Shown: positions 50,798-63,912, numbered from the stretch's first letter. The stretch is 64,000 nt of DNA from Octopus bimaculoides (GCF_001194135.2 NC_068994.1:111326-175325); one strand, 5' to 3'. Notes: generated by a model not told the origin, from the letters alone. Made by a program: numbers and translations.

Positions 50798-50847
50798 TTC
50801 TAGTATTTGATGAAAATTATTGAAATTGTTGACTCTTGGGGGGGGGC

Positions 50848-51500
50848 GTTAAGTTGAAAGGAAAGTCTTGTCGTATTTTCGACAAGATCACTTTGAGGAT
50901 CCTTTTTCAATACTAATGGTGAAATTCGCATAAATTTTCACATTCTGTTGGGGTTTTCTTTATCTTCCTTTGCAGATTACTTTATAACACAATAGTCAAA
51001 CTCTTATTGATTTTACCCTTTGGAAATGGGTTTCGATTAGAAGCACATTAGACATTGCATGCTATATGAATTCAAAAGGGGATCTTCAGCAATGGAAGTG
51101 GTAAGAAATATTCATTCTATCGATGGAAATTAAGCTTTAAATGTTTGGACATGCCAATGATGGTTGACCGATTTCGACCGGAAAATCTTTTCTCTTGCAG
51201 ATTCCTCTCGATCTGTCAATATCGTAGTAATGGGAAATTCAAAACAAACTAAACGGGATTAGCAAAACACTTCAGTCCTGCATTGATCATACAACACCTT
51301 CATGAACTAGGGACAATATCTAAACACGGTCTCAGGATAATCAAAGAGTTGCCCTCTGCTCATCATTGACGAGTAGATCTGCTACCTATCCTTTTCCGGG
51401 TAGAATCATCAACTCAACAAAACAACGGCTGGACTCCATCAGATTTAAATTATCCAAGACACCTTATCATGAAGGCCCCTCTACGAAGAATTGGGTAACA
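50848..51500 (+). mobile_element. Mariner relic (Hsmar1/mellifera-like subfamily), internally deleted
   Basis: TIR-like ttaagttgaaaggaaagtcttgtcgtattt. Reads KHIRHCMLYEFKRGSSAMEVVRNI..LNVWTCQ*W, with a later decayed LAPSDF-like motif. Confidence 0.8.
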
Positions 51501-51723
51501 AAGAATATATATATATATATATATATATAATTATGTTTATTTCTTCTATCTTAATGAATAAAAATTCTTCTGATAGAATAAATGGGTTAATAGAAACCAA
51601 TGTAGCAAAGAACACAAAATAACTGTGGTTAGCTCCTGTTTTTAAGGCAGGAACTCCTTGACATTTTGGGTATTTGAGTATATTTAAGAGTTTAAGGATT
51701 GGAGAAAACGCATGTTATAATTG

Positions 51724-51822
51724 CATACTTTATTCCTACATATGTTTCAAAGGATTACAACCTGTGTGATCCATAGGGATCTTTGATATTAAAATTGTAA
51801 CCTTCTCATCAGGGAAAGCATG
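51724..51822 (-). ncRNA. Minimal type I hammerhead ribozyme (PLE/retrozyme type)
   Basis: CUGAUGA (51812-51806), 11-bp stem II with one bulge, GAAA (51748-51745), palindromic stem III ACAUAUGU and cleavage triplet GUA (51739-51737). Stem I is GGAA-[UAA]-AGUAUG paired with CAUGCU-UUCC. Confidence 0.8.
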
Positions 51823-53217
51823 GGAATCATCTTAAACGTAAGACATTGTGACCGATTATGAAAACAATAGATGGATNNNNNNNNNNNNNNNNNNNNNNNN
51901 NNNNNNNNNNNNNNNNNNNNNNNNNNNNNNNNNNNNNNNNNNNNNNNNNNNNNNNNNNNNNNNNNNNNNNNNNNNNNNNNNNNNNNNNNNNNNNNNNNNN
52001 NNNNNNNNNNNNNNNNNNNNNNNNNNNNNNNNNNNNNNNNNNNNNNNNNNNNNNNNNNNNNNNNNNNNNNNNNNNNNNNNNNNNNNNNNNNNNNNNNNNN
52101 NNNNNNNNNNNNNNNNNNNNNNNNNNNNNNNNNNNNNNNNNNNNNNNNNNNNNNNNNNNNNNNNNNNNNNNNNNNNNNNNNNNNNNNNNNNNNNNNNNNN
52201 NNNNNNNNNNNNNNNNNNNNNNNNNNNNNNNNNNNNNNNNNNNNNNNNNNNNNNNNNNNNNNNNNNNNNNNNNNNNNNNNNNNNNNNNNNNNNNNNNNNN
52301 NNNNNNNNNNNNNNNNNNNNNNNNNNNNNNNNNNNNNNNNNNNNNNNNNATATATATATATATATATATATAGTCTCTTGGTTTATACGGTAGTTGGTTG
52401 GACGTCTTCACTTTACCGCATTCTTTGTTTTCTGCTTTATAAGTAATATTATATAAAAATGTTACTTCGTCATTTTACCGTTCCTTTCAGTACTTTTTTT
52501 AAAATTTGACTTCTTCGATAATGAGGTAAATCACATGCCTAAGTAGCACCCACGTTAGCTTTGTTTATGTATTTGTATATTTATTTATTTATATTTACGA
52601 GATTGTATGATAATTCTATTTTTCAAACAAAAAATGGGCAAACATCAATTTCTCTAGGAATAGGAAGTGAAATATCAAATCAATTTCAAACTGGAAAGAA
52701 TTGGAAATAAACTACAAAGCAGTTTGATATAAACAATGCAATTATTATAACAGAGGAAATTAATAAGAAAACAGAAGCAGTTCAAAAGAAATGTCATAGA
52801 TTCGTAGTAACATGGAAACAATGGACAAAGCAGTAATATTTTGGATAGAAGAGAAAACCAAAAAAAGTATTGCTTAGAGACGGATTTGCTAATTTTTAAT
52901 TAAGTCAATACGATATAGTTATCTAAAATTATTGACGAAGCACTTTGAGACAAATATTTTATGCTGATAATACCGGTCTATTCCGGAAGAAAATGGCAAA
53001 GAGAACAAAGAGAAAAACCGGTAAGAAGATTCAAAGTTTCTAAAGATAAAATCCTTTTTTTTTTATTTTATACTGTAATGCATTAAGTTTTTGAAGCCAT
53101 TATTAAATTTTAGGGTTCATAATATATGTGTAATGAGAAAATAGAATAAAAGCATCCAACAATTTAAAAGTCTGTAAGTAAAACAAATCATAGATCAATG
53201 TTAGAAAACTGATTTTA

Positions 53218-53424
53218 TGAAACTTTGTCCCTGAAACAAAAATTTATACAAAAAATATTGGCTTCAAAATTCTGTTAGTATGAAACTTTGTCCCTGAAAC
53301 AAAAATTTATACAAAAAATATTGGCTTCAAAATTCTGTTAGTAATTGATAACGCTTTATCACATCCCTGGGTTTTGGAAACCCCTGGGTTTTGGAAACCC
53401 CTGGGTTTTGGAAACCCCTGGGTT
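53218..53424 (+). repeat. 63-bp tandem duplication (53218-53343) and 17-bp repeat CCCTGGGTTTTGGAAAC x3.5 (53365-53424)
   Basis: Perfect tandem copies. Confidence 0.95.
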
Positions 53425-54639
53425 AATGTCACGTCCTCACAATCCAATAATGTACTACTTATTCATCTATCAGACTAAAATATAGGTTGCAATTTTAAGA
53501 CAAATTATGTTAGATATTAATACGAAAAAATATTGGATGAGGCAGAAGATAACGAACAGGGAGGAACAGAAAGTATCATATATTCAGGATTGTGAGAAGT
53601 TAATTGCAATAAGTCGTGAAATAAAAAATAAACCTACCTGAACAAAATGTTGGAAGACCATTTTCTTCTGAGAAGTTGTGAAGCATGGTGAGGCTGAAAG
53701 AAAGAGACAAAATCTAAACTCAGAGTTAATAAATATCGCCTGTTTATTAGGAAGTAAAGGAGTGGCTGCGTTAGTTGTCGGAAAAAATAACAGGATTATT
53801 CGTGAAACAGAAATTGAATGAAGAAACTTTAGTTTCCATTGGTACCATAATTTCAAATAAGGGGAGTGTGAATTTGATACTAACAAAACAGACCCACTAA
53901 ATACTGCAGAAATAGTAAAAGAGGATTCATAAACAACAGGACATCGGGAAACATACTCCGTTAAAAATGATTCTGATAAAGAACACAATGAGAAATCTGA
54001 AGAGAAAGTAAGGTGTTCTATTAGCGACATACGAAAACCTTTACAATGATTTCAAAAACGGTTAGGTAGCCGAAAATTTCAGAAATTATGATAGGGCCGG
54101 GTAGTTGGAAGAAGCAAGAAATAACAGTAATGGTCCTGGCGAATTTCAGCCATTGAAATGAAAAGGAAAGAACAACTGTTTTAATATTTTCAAGTTCAAA
54201 CGACAATCAATAAAATGAACATTACATAGTAAAGTTGTGGAAATAAACTGACAGATTATTTAACCTGGAGTAATTTTAAGCGATGCCATGAATAGGGCCT
54301 TCAAATACTTCAATGGCCCATGGCAACTTCACTATTTCCATGTTATTTTATCGTTCTCTGTTTTGTCGAACTACGAAGTTAACGATTAAAGAGACACAAC
54401 GTAAACACAGCAGTTCGTATAACATTAACAGGTATTCATACAAACACAAATAAACACACGCACACACATATACATGTGTGTGTGTGTATAAATGTAAGAT
54501 CCAGGGATCGAGGTGTAGGAAGAAAGTTAGCTTCAAGCAAACCATAGTGAATATAAAAAAAAACAACTTTCAGGAACAATAGCAGTTTATTGAGACAGAA
54601 GATTGTGGATTTTTCTATTCTTTATCAAAGAACGATGAA

Positions 54640-55920
54640 CTGAAAAAAGTTCATTTTATATTCCTCGGTAGGTAACCAGGGTTCCTAATTGTGTGAAAAA
54701 GAATACAAGAATTACAGAATGGAGTATGGGAAATCTGGGCTGCATATGTTTCATAGTGAGTGGAACCTCCGAAGTATTAAAATCCAAGTGAGGTGTATAA
54801 CACCAGCTACTCTTCAGGCCAAGGATATCTTGATTAGATTAAAGGTTGCATTGTCACAAGGAGGTACATGTTGACGCAGAGAGGATTCAATCAGAATGTG
54901 AAGGGCACATTATGTGAGGGGTATATAAACGAGGGGAGAAATAACAGAAAGGAAGAAAGAAGTAAATAAATAAATAAAATAAAATATAAGGGTGTGAGAG
55001 AAAGGAGGAATTGGACGGGTCGGTGGTAGATAATATAGTAGTTTTAACTTAATCATAGAATTCAATAGTGGGATTGGTATTTGAAGAGGAAAAATTGGAG
55101 GAGAGAGGGTGGGGAAATATTTTTGGTCTTGGGGGGAAAAAGTATATATGAATAAAGCATGGTAGGGTTGGGGGTTTAAGCACGGCTCGTGGTTTATGGT
55201 CAAAAGGCATAAATTGGTACAAGAAGAAAAATAAAAACGAATGAAATGGTGAAGGTGTATGTAGGCGTATGTATTTGTACGTTTACGGGTGGAGGGATAG
55301 GAGGGGAGGGAGTAGAAATATAAGGAGAGAAGAATATTTTAGGTAGTGAGTAAAAACACGGATAGAAAATTGGAATTGACGATGAAGGAATTAAAAAGGG
55401 AGAAAAAAATATTGTTGCTTTAATAGGCAGTGGTAGTGAGGGTGGATGAGTGGGGAAAAGAATATATGAGAGTTATGGGGAGACCAGATCCGGCGGGGCG
55501 GGTTGCAAGTATTTGTGCTTCGAAAATAGATTCAGTGCCCGATGTTTACAGGTGAATATTATACTGCTACGTTCATTGAGACAGTCCGTGGATTGCAAAA
55601 TAGCCATGACCTCGGCTATGCAGAGATCACACTTATTATTATATCTTCTGTAGGGTATGGCATGGGTGATCATTTGAGAGTGTAAGGAGTTGAGTCAAGC
55701 GTTCGTTTATTGATAAGTTGAGATAACGATGCGCTGTTAGATTTTGTATGGGATTTGAAGCTAGAGTAGTGATTGCTCACTCTAGCTTTGACGGCGATAC
55801 TACAGGAGTCACTGTGGATATTGTGCACTTAAAAAACAGGAGGTTGGATGTCTGCAGCTGCATAAGTTTGTAAGGGGTGCTCCGGATGAGCTTGTGGCGG
55901 TATTGTTATTTAGTGAGGAA
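54640..55920 (-). mobile_element. Penelope-like element 3' portion: GIY-YIG C-terminus, 3' UTR and a degenerate hammerhead
   Basis: CSCRHPTSC and AIPYRRYNNKCDLCIAEVMAIL..CLNERSSIIFTCKH match the PLE C-terminal motif (PY....CxLCxxE..I...LNxRSE....CRH). A hammerhead relic lies at 54735-54823. Confidence 0.82.
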
Positions 55921-56954
55921 TCATATATATATATATATATATATATATACGCACACATATGTAATACACACACTCATATAGTAAAGACACATATATACAC
56001 ACATATATATTCACTCACGTATACCAACATGTGTATGTATTGTTTAGTCCCTCTTCAATAAATAATGAAAGTATTTCCCTTGATTAATTCGAGTTGAGAG
56101 AAATAGAAGCGAACTTTCCTTAAAATAACATCCTATCACCTGCGGTAAGATTAAATTTGTAAAAAGGCAAGATGGTCATGGAATGGCTATGATTTGCTAA
56201 ATTAGGGCCAACTTAGTGTTAAACAACAACCTCATTAAAAGACATGAAGTTACACTCCACGAGGCATCAAGTTGATGTTGTATGTGCAATGATGACACGG
56301 TACTGAAATGCTTTTGGCAGGCAAACTAAACCATTTGAGGTTAGTCGTCAAAAGGCACAGTCTTGTGTCAATCCAAGCAACTCAACACTCACTCTGGTTC
56401 ATTGAGTGCACAGTAGCAGCCGTCACACCAACAGTGTTAGCAAGTGCTGCCGAACGGCAGAAGTTCAGATTATCCACTGCACCCAGCAGTTAGAATCTCA
56501 TTTCTTAATGAAAGCAAGACTGGGCCCAGTGAGTGAGGCTAGCTTTATGCAATTCGCCTTCGTCCAATTCATCATTCTATGAATGGAGGAACAAGAGATA
56601 CAATGCCACTAATAAGCTTTCATCTCTACAAAATTACTTAGTCGGGTGTATCATCATCATCATCACCACCACAGCAATGATCATTAGCATCCTCCGCCAA
56701 ATCGTCATCATCAATATCATCATCAAACTCAGTGTATTTTATCGACGACCCCCCCCCCTCTTCACATTCAGCTGGAAATGTTGCAGGAATATCACAATTT
56801 TGTTCGTGAACGGCATAAAACATCACAAGAAGGAACTCCTTCCAATCAGTTGTCATTAATGTCAGAGCAGTTGTTGCTGTTGTTGTTGTTCCTATTCCGT
56901 CCTTGTTATGAAAGTGTAATCAGTAAACATCAGCGACAGCCAAGGGCAGTGCCC

Positions 56955-57094
56955 TTAAAAACCTAGCGTCTCATAAATGGAGTCTAGATTTACGGGGGAC
57001 CATCTATCATCACAGTGACAATCGCGGGTGGCTCCACCATAAACTCCATCACTTTCATCACCAACGATGCTTGGCTTCCTTCCCACATACTTCT
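56955..57094 (-). CDS. Weak candidate exon (K)KYVGRKPSIVGDESDGVYGGATRDCHCDDRWSPVNLDSIYETLGF*
   Basis: Protein-like open frame ending in TAA, in phase with the 61519 donor. It needs a poor GAG acceptor with little polypyrimidine tract. Confidence 0.22.
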
Positions 57095-58799
57095 CTCAAG
57101 TACATTTCCTACTTTCAATGTTCTTTAACAACAACAACAACAAAACACTATATTAGCAATCCACACATCACAATCGTCTCACACACAGACACACACACAC
57201 GAACTGGGTGTGGAAAATACCGCACCCTGAAAAACAAAAAAATGTTGATAACATCAGCAACAACAACAACAGTATCAGGATTTCGCTTGCGCCCTACATT
57301 GCACGTAAAGCCCCATAAAACGTCTTGAGCCAGACCCGCCAACATCACAGATACTCTATCACCACACATTCTTTGGTTTTATATTTATGTCAAATACTTT
57401 TTTGTCTGTGAGTGTTTATATATATATATATATATATATNNNNNNNNNNNNNNNNNNNNNNNNNNNNNNNNNNNNNNNNNNNNNNNNNNNNNNNNNNNNN
57501 NNNNNNNNNNNNNNNNNNNNNNNNNNNNNNNNNNNNNNNNNNNNNNNNNTATGAATACATTTATAAGGACATATATATATATGTCTATGTTGAGGGTGGG
57601 AGAGGTGTTATTTATCAGAAACTAAAAGAATTTCAAAGTAAATGGAATAAGTGATTTAAAAGTAATTGAATATTGGGAAATAATAATCTGTCTGGACGTC
57701 CATTTTCAGCTGAATCCGTTCTGTAGTCACGTCTTCGAACGTGGTTGACGTGGGATTGGCTACGAAATAATAAGCAAATCTCATACAAATCTCAAGCGAA
57801 AGGCAATAACAAAAAACAAGCCACAGCAATAAAGATATTTTTATGAAGGGGTCTACACAGCCACCATTTCAGTGATATAGAATACTTCACAACGGAATGG
57901 GTGTAAAGGAATGTGGTGGGTGGGGCGAGGAATACAAAATAAGTAATAAGAAACTACTCGGTTGCACTTGGATCATGTTTTACAGTCGTTTTATAGAGTT
58001 CGGTTTTATTTATTGTTGTTCTTGCGGGGTTTTTTTAATCACATTTACTTAAGTGTTGGTTACTTAAAGAAATACTAAATGCATTTTCATGACAATAGTA
58101 GACAGAGTTAGATTTGTCAAACAGATGCACAGGACAAGTGTACCGTACCAATCGTTAAAAGCTAATGCTTATCTTTTATTTCGTATCATTATTCTGTGAG
58201 AATATTCGCTTCATTGAGAACATGTGGAAAATACAGTAACCAATCTATAACACATTATAAGTCAGACGGAATCATGCTTGCAATGTTACTCAGCCAAACT
58301 GGTGTATAATGGGAAAATACTATAAATTAGGTTTTCCTTGAAATGTAAATACGAACGGAATGAAACAAATTTCGCGTAAATCGGATAAGTGGTTGTGAAG
58401 ATATTAGGGGGTTTCGGAATAGTGAAAACTGTGCATAATGGGAAAAGTCTCCGAAATTAACTAAATCCTGAAAGGGAAGTAACTCTTACCTTTCGATTAG
58501 ACAGTGACTTGACAACGGAAAAATACGATTTGCTTTTTTACAGTAAATGTAAGTTGTTTGTACAATAAGTATTTATATTTTAGCTTTCTTTAAACAGACA
58601 ATATTTTAATGTTTTTTAAAAATTATTTTGAAGTTAATATTATTACAAAAAATATTTTTGACACATTTAAAAAAATCATAAAGTGAAAATGACTTTAAAA
58701 ATACGGTAGATATTTTGTAAAAGACCAGTTTTTAAACTAGGTGTGAAATAATTTTTTCCATGGGCTTTTTTCGAGTGCATTCAACGTATCTTACCTCCA

Positions 58800-58917
58800 A
58801 AGATTTGGCTGCTATTTCTAGCACTCTCTGCTACCACGTTTTCAGCTATTTGTGGAAAAGGACCCGAAATACCTGTTACATAGTAGCAGGGCGTGCAAGA
58901 AATAGCAGCCAAATCTT
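58800..58917. repeat. MITE-like hairpin with 35-bp arms
   Basis: Arms 58800-58834 and 58883-58917 are 32/35 complementary. The arm motif (gatttggctgctatttctagc) recurs singly at ~415, 3345, 3695, 6660, 8645, 26480, 40820 and 49855. Confidence 0.85.
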
Positions 58918-59174
58918 CCTTTTTCCGAGGAAAGCCGCTTACGCGTGATTTGAATGTCACATTCGTTGAAAGTATGCAAAATAAGCTGGAAAAGAAAAAA
59001 AGAGAAAACATGAAACAAAACTCAGTTGATGGGAAACTCAGACTTCCCCGGTGACCCAACGGGTCACGGGGAGCCTAGTGAAGAAAACAACCACACTACA
59101 ACACTGCACTGTCATTCTACCCCTTCTATTTCTTTATACACACACACATACACATACATACACACACATATATA

Positions 59175-59452
59175 TGATTGTCGTCGTTGACGAGGCAGGT
59201 TTATTCGGATTCGTATCACCCAAATCCGCCATCTGCCTCTATCTTCCATATTATGTGACACCCAGCGTCACCTGTTGACTGATCAACGTATGTCATTGTA
59301 GTTTGACCAATACGACTACAGCTATTCCCATCTCCTCTTCCTTACTATTCCAGCATTGGCCACCACAGTGAACTTTTCTTTCTGTGACAGCGTCTGGTAT
59401 ATCAGGTAGATTATTGTAGAATCTTTATTTCGTGTAGGATCCTTTCCAGGAT

Positions 59453-59455
<3 letters not shown>
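59175..59455 (-). mobile_element. RTE-clade LINE 3' fragment
   Basis: NLPDIPDAVTERKVHCGGQCWNSKEE and TYVDQ..GDAGC..(M)EDR match the RTE C-terminus (RRLRFAGHCWR..TYIDQL..MEDR). Confidence 0.7.
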
Positions 59456-59523
<68 letters not shown>

Positions 59524-59830
59524 CGTACGGTAACACATGTGTACGTGCGTAAATACACGTATTGTATACACACCTACGCAGAAACACACATATGTACAAT
59601 TATGCATGCACACGTACACGATAGTATATACGCACAGATACATTCATATATATAGACACGCACATATATATAAACATACATACACATGAATGCATACACA
59701 CACACACGCATAAATAGTATAACTTGTTGAATCAGTTTGGGAACAGGGGGGACGAAACTGCCAAGATGAAAGTATCATACGAATGAATTTGATGGATTGG
59801 TTTTATGGATGGGTAGATATGCACGTGTGG

Positions 59831-59904
<74 letters not shown>

Positions 59905-60009
59905 TTATATAGGAAAATAATGAATACAAGATGATTGCATACATATATACGTGTACGTTTTTTAGCTATCGTTGTTTGGTTAATGCATTTTTCCTTTATA
60001 TATATATAC

Positions 60010-60044
<35 letters not shown>

Positions 60045-60189
60045 TATATGTTTACACAGTGCACGCACACACATACATGTACACACATGTGTACGTGGAT
60101 TTATATAGAGGAATAGAAATTACTTTATGATGTTATATATACACATGAAGTTGGTATGTATCATTTCATTCGTCTATATACGTTTTTAT

Positions 60190-60400
60190 GTAAAGATCTG
60201 AGAGGGCCCTTATGAACAGTAGTGGTCCCTAAAACAGTGCCTTGCAGAACACGGCTCACTATTTGCGTGTCATTGGAGGTGGCCCCATTGGCTACTACCA
60301 CCTGACTTCTATCCTCCAGAAAGTCATGAAGCCATTCTCCCAATTTTCCAACTATGCCGTGATCACACAGTTTGTGACATATCATACGTTTGTTCCCCAC
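60190..60400 (-). mobile_element. CR1-group LINE RT fragment
   Basis: Reads ICHKLCDHGIVGKLGEWLHDFLEDRSQVVVANG..SRVLQGTVLG. Confidence 0.85.
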
Positions 60401-61518
60401 CACCGCCACCACCATCGTCCCCGTAACTTAGCGTTTCAGCAAATGTGACCGTTAGAATAATTACTAGACTTACAAAGTATAAGTCCTGGAGTCGATTTAT
60501 CCGACGAAAGGCGGTGCTCCAGCATGGCTGCAGTCAAGTGACCGAATCATATAAAAGACTACACAGACACACACACATACATGCATCTAAATATATATAT
60601 ATATATATATATATANNNNNNNNNNNNNNNNNNNNNNNNNNNNNNNNNNNNNNNNNNNNNNNNNNNNNNNNNNNNNNNNNNNNNNNNNNNNNNNNNNNNN
60701 NNNNNNNNNNNNNNNNNNNNNNNNNNNNNNNNNNNNNNNNNNNNNNNNNNNNNNTTATATATATATCTTTAAAACAAACTCGATAGAGAAGCGCGAATGG
60801 AAGAGAAGAAATGGGAAAAAGAGAGAGAGAGAGAGAGCGAAGGAAAGAGCGGGTGGGATAGGTCTTCAGTTTCTGTCAGTTTTACTTGTACGGTTTGGGG
60901 TTGTAAACTTTTGTCGAACAAGTTTCTCTGTGTTTTGCGATAAGAAACGTAAGCTTTGTGATAAGAGAAACAAGAGCTAAAAGAAGTGGGGAGGTATTCA
61001 CTGGAGAATGTTCACTTCAACATTTCTCTTCACACCTGATTAAGGAAATCCAGATACACCATTCCCCCAGTACTGTTGACCTTTCTGTGCCGAAAAAACT
61101 AGCAAATATTCGGAAAAAATTGCATTTTCACACTGTTTTCACTCTATATGGTTTAGGGGTGGGCAGGAGATGAGATTGTTCTCGCCAATAATAATAATTA
61201 TTGTTCAATGTTGTTAGTTATCAGTCAGGGGTGTTGCCGTGGCATCATAAAAGAAGAGTTATTTTCCTAAAGCTTTCAACAATGATATAAGGTTAATAGA
61301 AGCATTGAGGTGGGACAGAAGAGGAGGTGCAGTTAAGAATAGAGGATTTTGTCACTCTAACATGGGAAAATGAAGTCATTACTCTCAGAGTTAAATGAAC
61401 GAATGGAAAGAGCTTCATTTTCAGTCTTAACTGATCAAATTTAAACACGGTGTGTGAAGTGGGGGGGGGGGTAATATTTTCATCGCTTCTCTTGTTTCAC
61501 TGATATTCTTTTGCTTAC

Positions 61519-61715
61519 TGGATGATGTATTCCGTGGTAGACTTAATCCATCGTTTGGTATAACATAAGCATCACCTGACACTTTACTACTATTAGCATA
61601 GTCATCTTTACAAACCAAGTCTCTGAGCCGAGGAAACATTCTTCCAGGACTTCCATCAATCATAGAACCCCTAAAAAGGGGCATAGGGTCATGTCCGGTG
61701 TCCAGCCTTCTCTGA
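61519..61715 (-). CDS. Candidate coding exon of a - strand gene: ..RRLDTGHDPMPLFRGSMIDGSPGRMFPRLRDLVCKDDYANSSKVSGDAYVIPNDGLSLPRNTSS
   Basis: Non-repetitive stretch richer in GC than its flanks, with an open frame inside ORF 61427..61774. Strong donor CCA|GTAAGC at 61519/61518 (phase 1). The 5' boundary is uncertain (AGs at 61717-16 or 61713-12, or an internal ATG). No family recognised. Confidence 0.45.
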
Positions 61716-62418
61716 CTAAGCCATACACACACACACATCGCAAAATGTAAACCTATTTTGAATGCTTCCACCACAGATGAAACTACTACAAGAATTTAGA
61801 ACAATTCCAACAACCACAACAGGTCACTTTTAGACAATTTGACCATCAAAGATTACAGGAACAATCTACTGTGTCACAACACTCCTGTACTTTTCTTTTC
61901 TGTAAATTTCAACTATATATATATATATATATATATATATNNNNNNNNNNNNNNNNNNNNNNNNNNNNNNNNNNNNNNNNNNNNNNNNNNNNNNNNNNNN
62001 NNNNNNNNNNNNNNNNNNNNNNNNNNNNNNNNNNNNNNNNNNNNNNNNNNNNNNNNNNNNNNNNNNNNNNNNNNNNNNNNNNNNNNNNNNNNNNNNNNNN
62101 NNNNNNNNNNNNNNNNNNNNNNNNNNNNNNNNNNNNNNNNNNNNNNNNNNNNNNNNNNNNNNNNNNNNNNNNNNNNNNNNNNNNNNNNNNNNNNNNNNNN
62201 NNNNNNNNNNNNNNNNNNNNNNNNNNNNNNNNNNNNNNNNNNNNNNNNNNNNNNNNNNNNNNNNNNNNNNNNNNNNNNNNNNNCAAGCTAAAACTGCAAC
62301 TTTGTTCTGTTTTCCTTTTCATTTTATTTCATCGTTTACTTTGCACCTTCTTGCATTGTTTCGGCTTTACACAACTACACAAACATACACACATATATAT
62401 ATCTATATATACATATAC

Positions 62419-62475
<57 letters not shown>

Positions 62476-63406
62476 GCATAAGTGGATACGAGTATGTACA
62501 TGCGTGTAAATATATAGAGGGGCACACACGTGTATACTCACATGCACAAACACATCACGCATATCTATGTATATATACACGCATACATGTATATATTTAT
62601 ATACACAAACATTACGCATATATATATATATATATATATACATACGCACAAACAAACAAGTATATACCTATACATACGTATGCACTTATATGCGCGTATA
62701 CATAACGCATATATAGACATATGTGTGTGAGTATGTGTGTGTGTGTGTGTTTATATACATTCATATACATATAGATACACACTTAGGTGTATATAGGTTT
62801 GCTCGTACTTCTGATGACAAATAAGTGTATTTGAAGATGTATATGTGCTTGTATATATGTTTGTATATATGTTTGTATGTATATGCATGCGGTTGTACGT
62901 GTATGTATGTATGTATGCGGTTGGGTGGGTAGATGTGTTTGTGTTTTAGAAAGTTCATATGATTTATATTCATGTTTAATGATGGATAAATATGTTTATA
63001 TATTATTTCATCCGTTATTTGATTAAGGTGCGTGTGAGTGGTGGTGAGAGGGGCGTACGAAGAGTGGCATAATATATATGTGTGTGTTCATGTGTGTGTG
63101 TGAGAGTGATGGGGAATGGAGGAGTAAAGGTGTCGATGAGTATAGAGATGGGGGACTCGTGATGGATTTTGATAAAATATTCACAGCAAGATCTTTTGAA
63201 GTTTAAAGAGCGAGCAATGATGATGATGATGCGAGGTGGAAGATGGTTGAGGGTAGTTGTAATGGAGTTATAGATGTAGAGTCGGGTGGAGAGTTTGCGG
63301 GCTGTAATTCTAAATATTATCAAACCGTATAACGACCTTATCACTACCAATGCTAGTAAATCACGGAAAATGATCGCTATCGTTAAATCCATATACAACA
63401 CACGCA

Positions 63407-63510
<104 letters not shown>

Positions 63511-63880
63511 ATGCATATTGTGTATGTACGTATGAAGTTATGTAATTGTAGATCTGTTGATATCTATGTGTGAGTATAGGTCAAAAACAATTGGTTGAGA
63601 AAAATCTCCAAAGTCAAGTGCGAAACGTCGGAGAAAGGATTTAGTTTTGATTTCTTCGCGTAGCAAAGTCTGAAATCAGTGAAGTGGTAGCAAGAGAATG
63701 AAGTTCGGTGGTGAAAAGAGAATAAAGAAAGGAGAAAAAAAGGGGGCCGCAATATTGATCAATGTAAGGGAGAGAAAATCAGTTATAAATGAAAGACTTC
63801 GTCAACAATTTCATACAATTACATAATTTTGCTGATACTATGAAATAGTTTAGTGCGAGTAAACATAGTTTTAAGCAAAT

Positions 63881-63884
<4 letters not shown>

Positions 63885-63912
<28 letters not shown>

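Noticed and set aside
56638-56966. Acidic - strand ORF (MTTDWKEF..DDDDD) and overlapping + strand frame after a good acceptor (LEMLQEYHNFVRERH..)
   Set aside because: Both depend on (GAT)n/(TTG)n microsatellites, are mutually overlapping and have no recognisable homology. They cannot be ranked without RNA data.
62805-62850. CTGATGA followed by a 6-bp stem
   Set aside because: Followed by GAAG rather than GAAA, with no stems I or III; a chance match in (TA/TG)-rich DNA.
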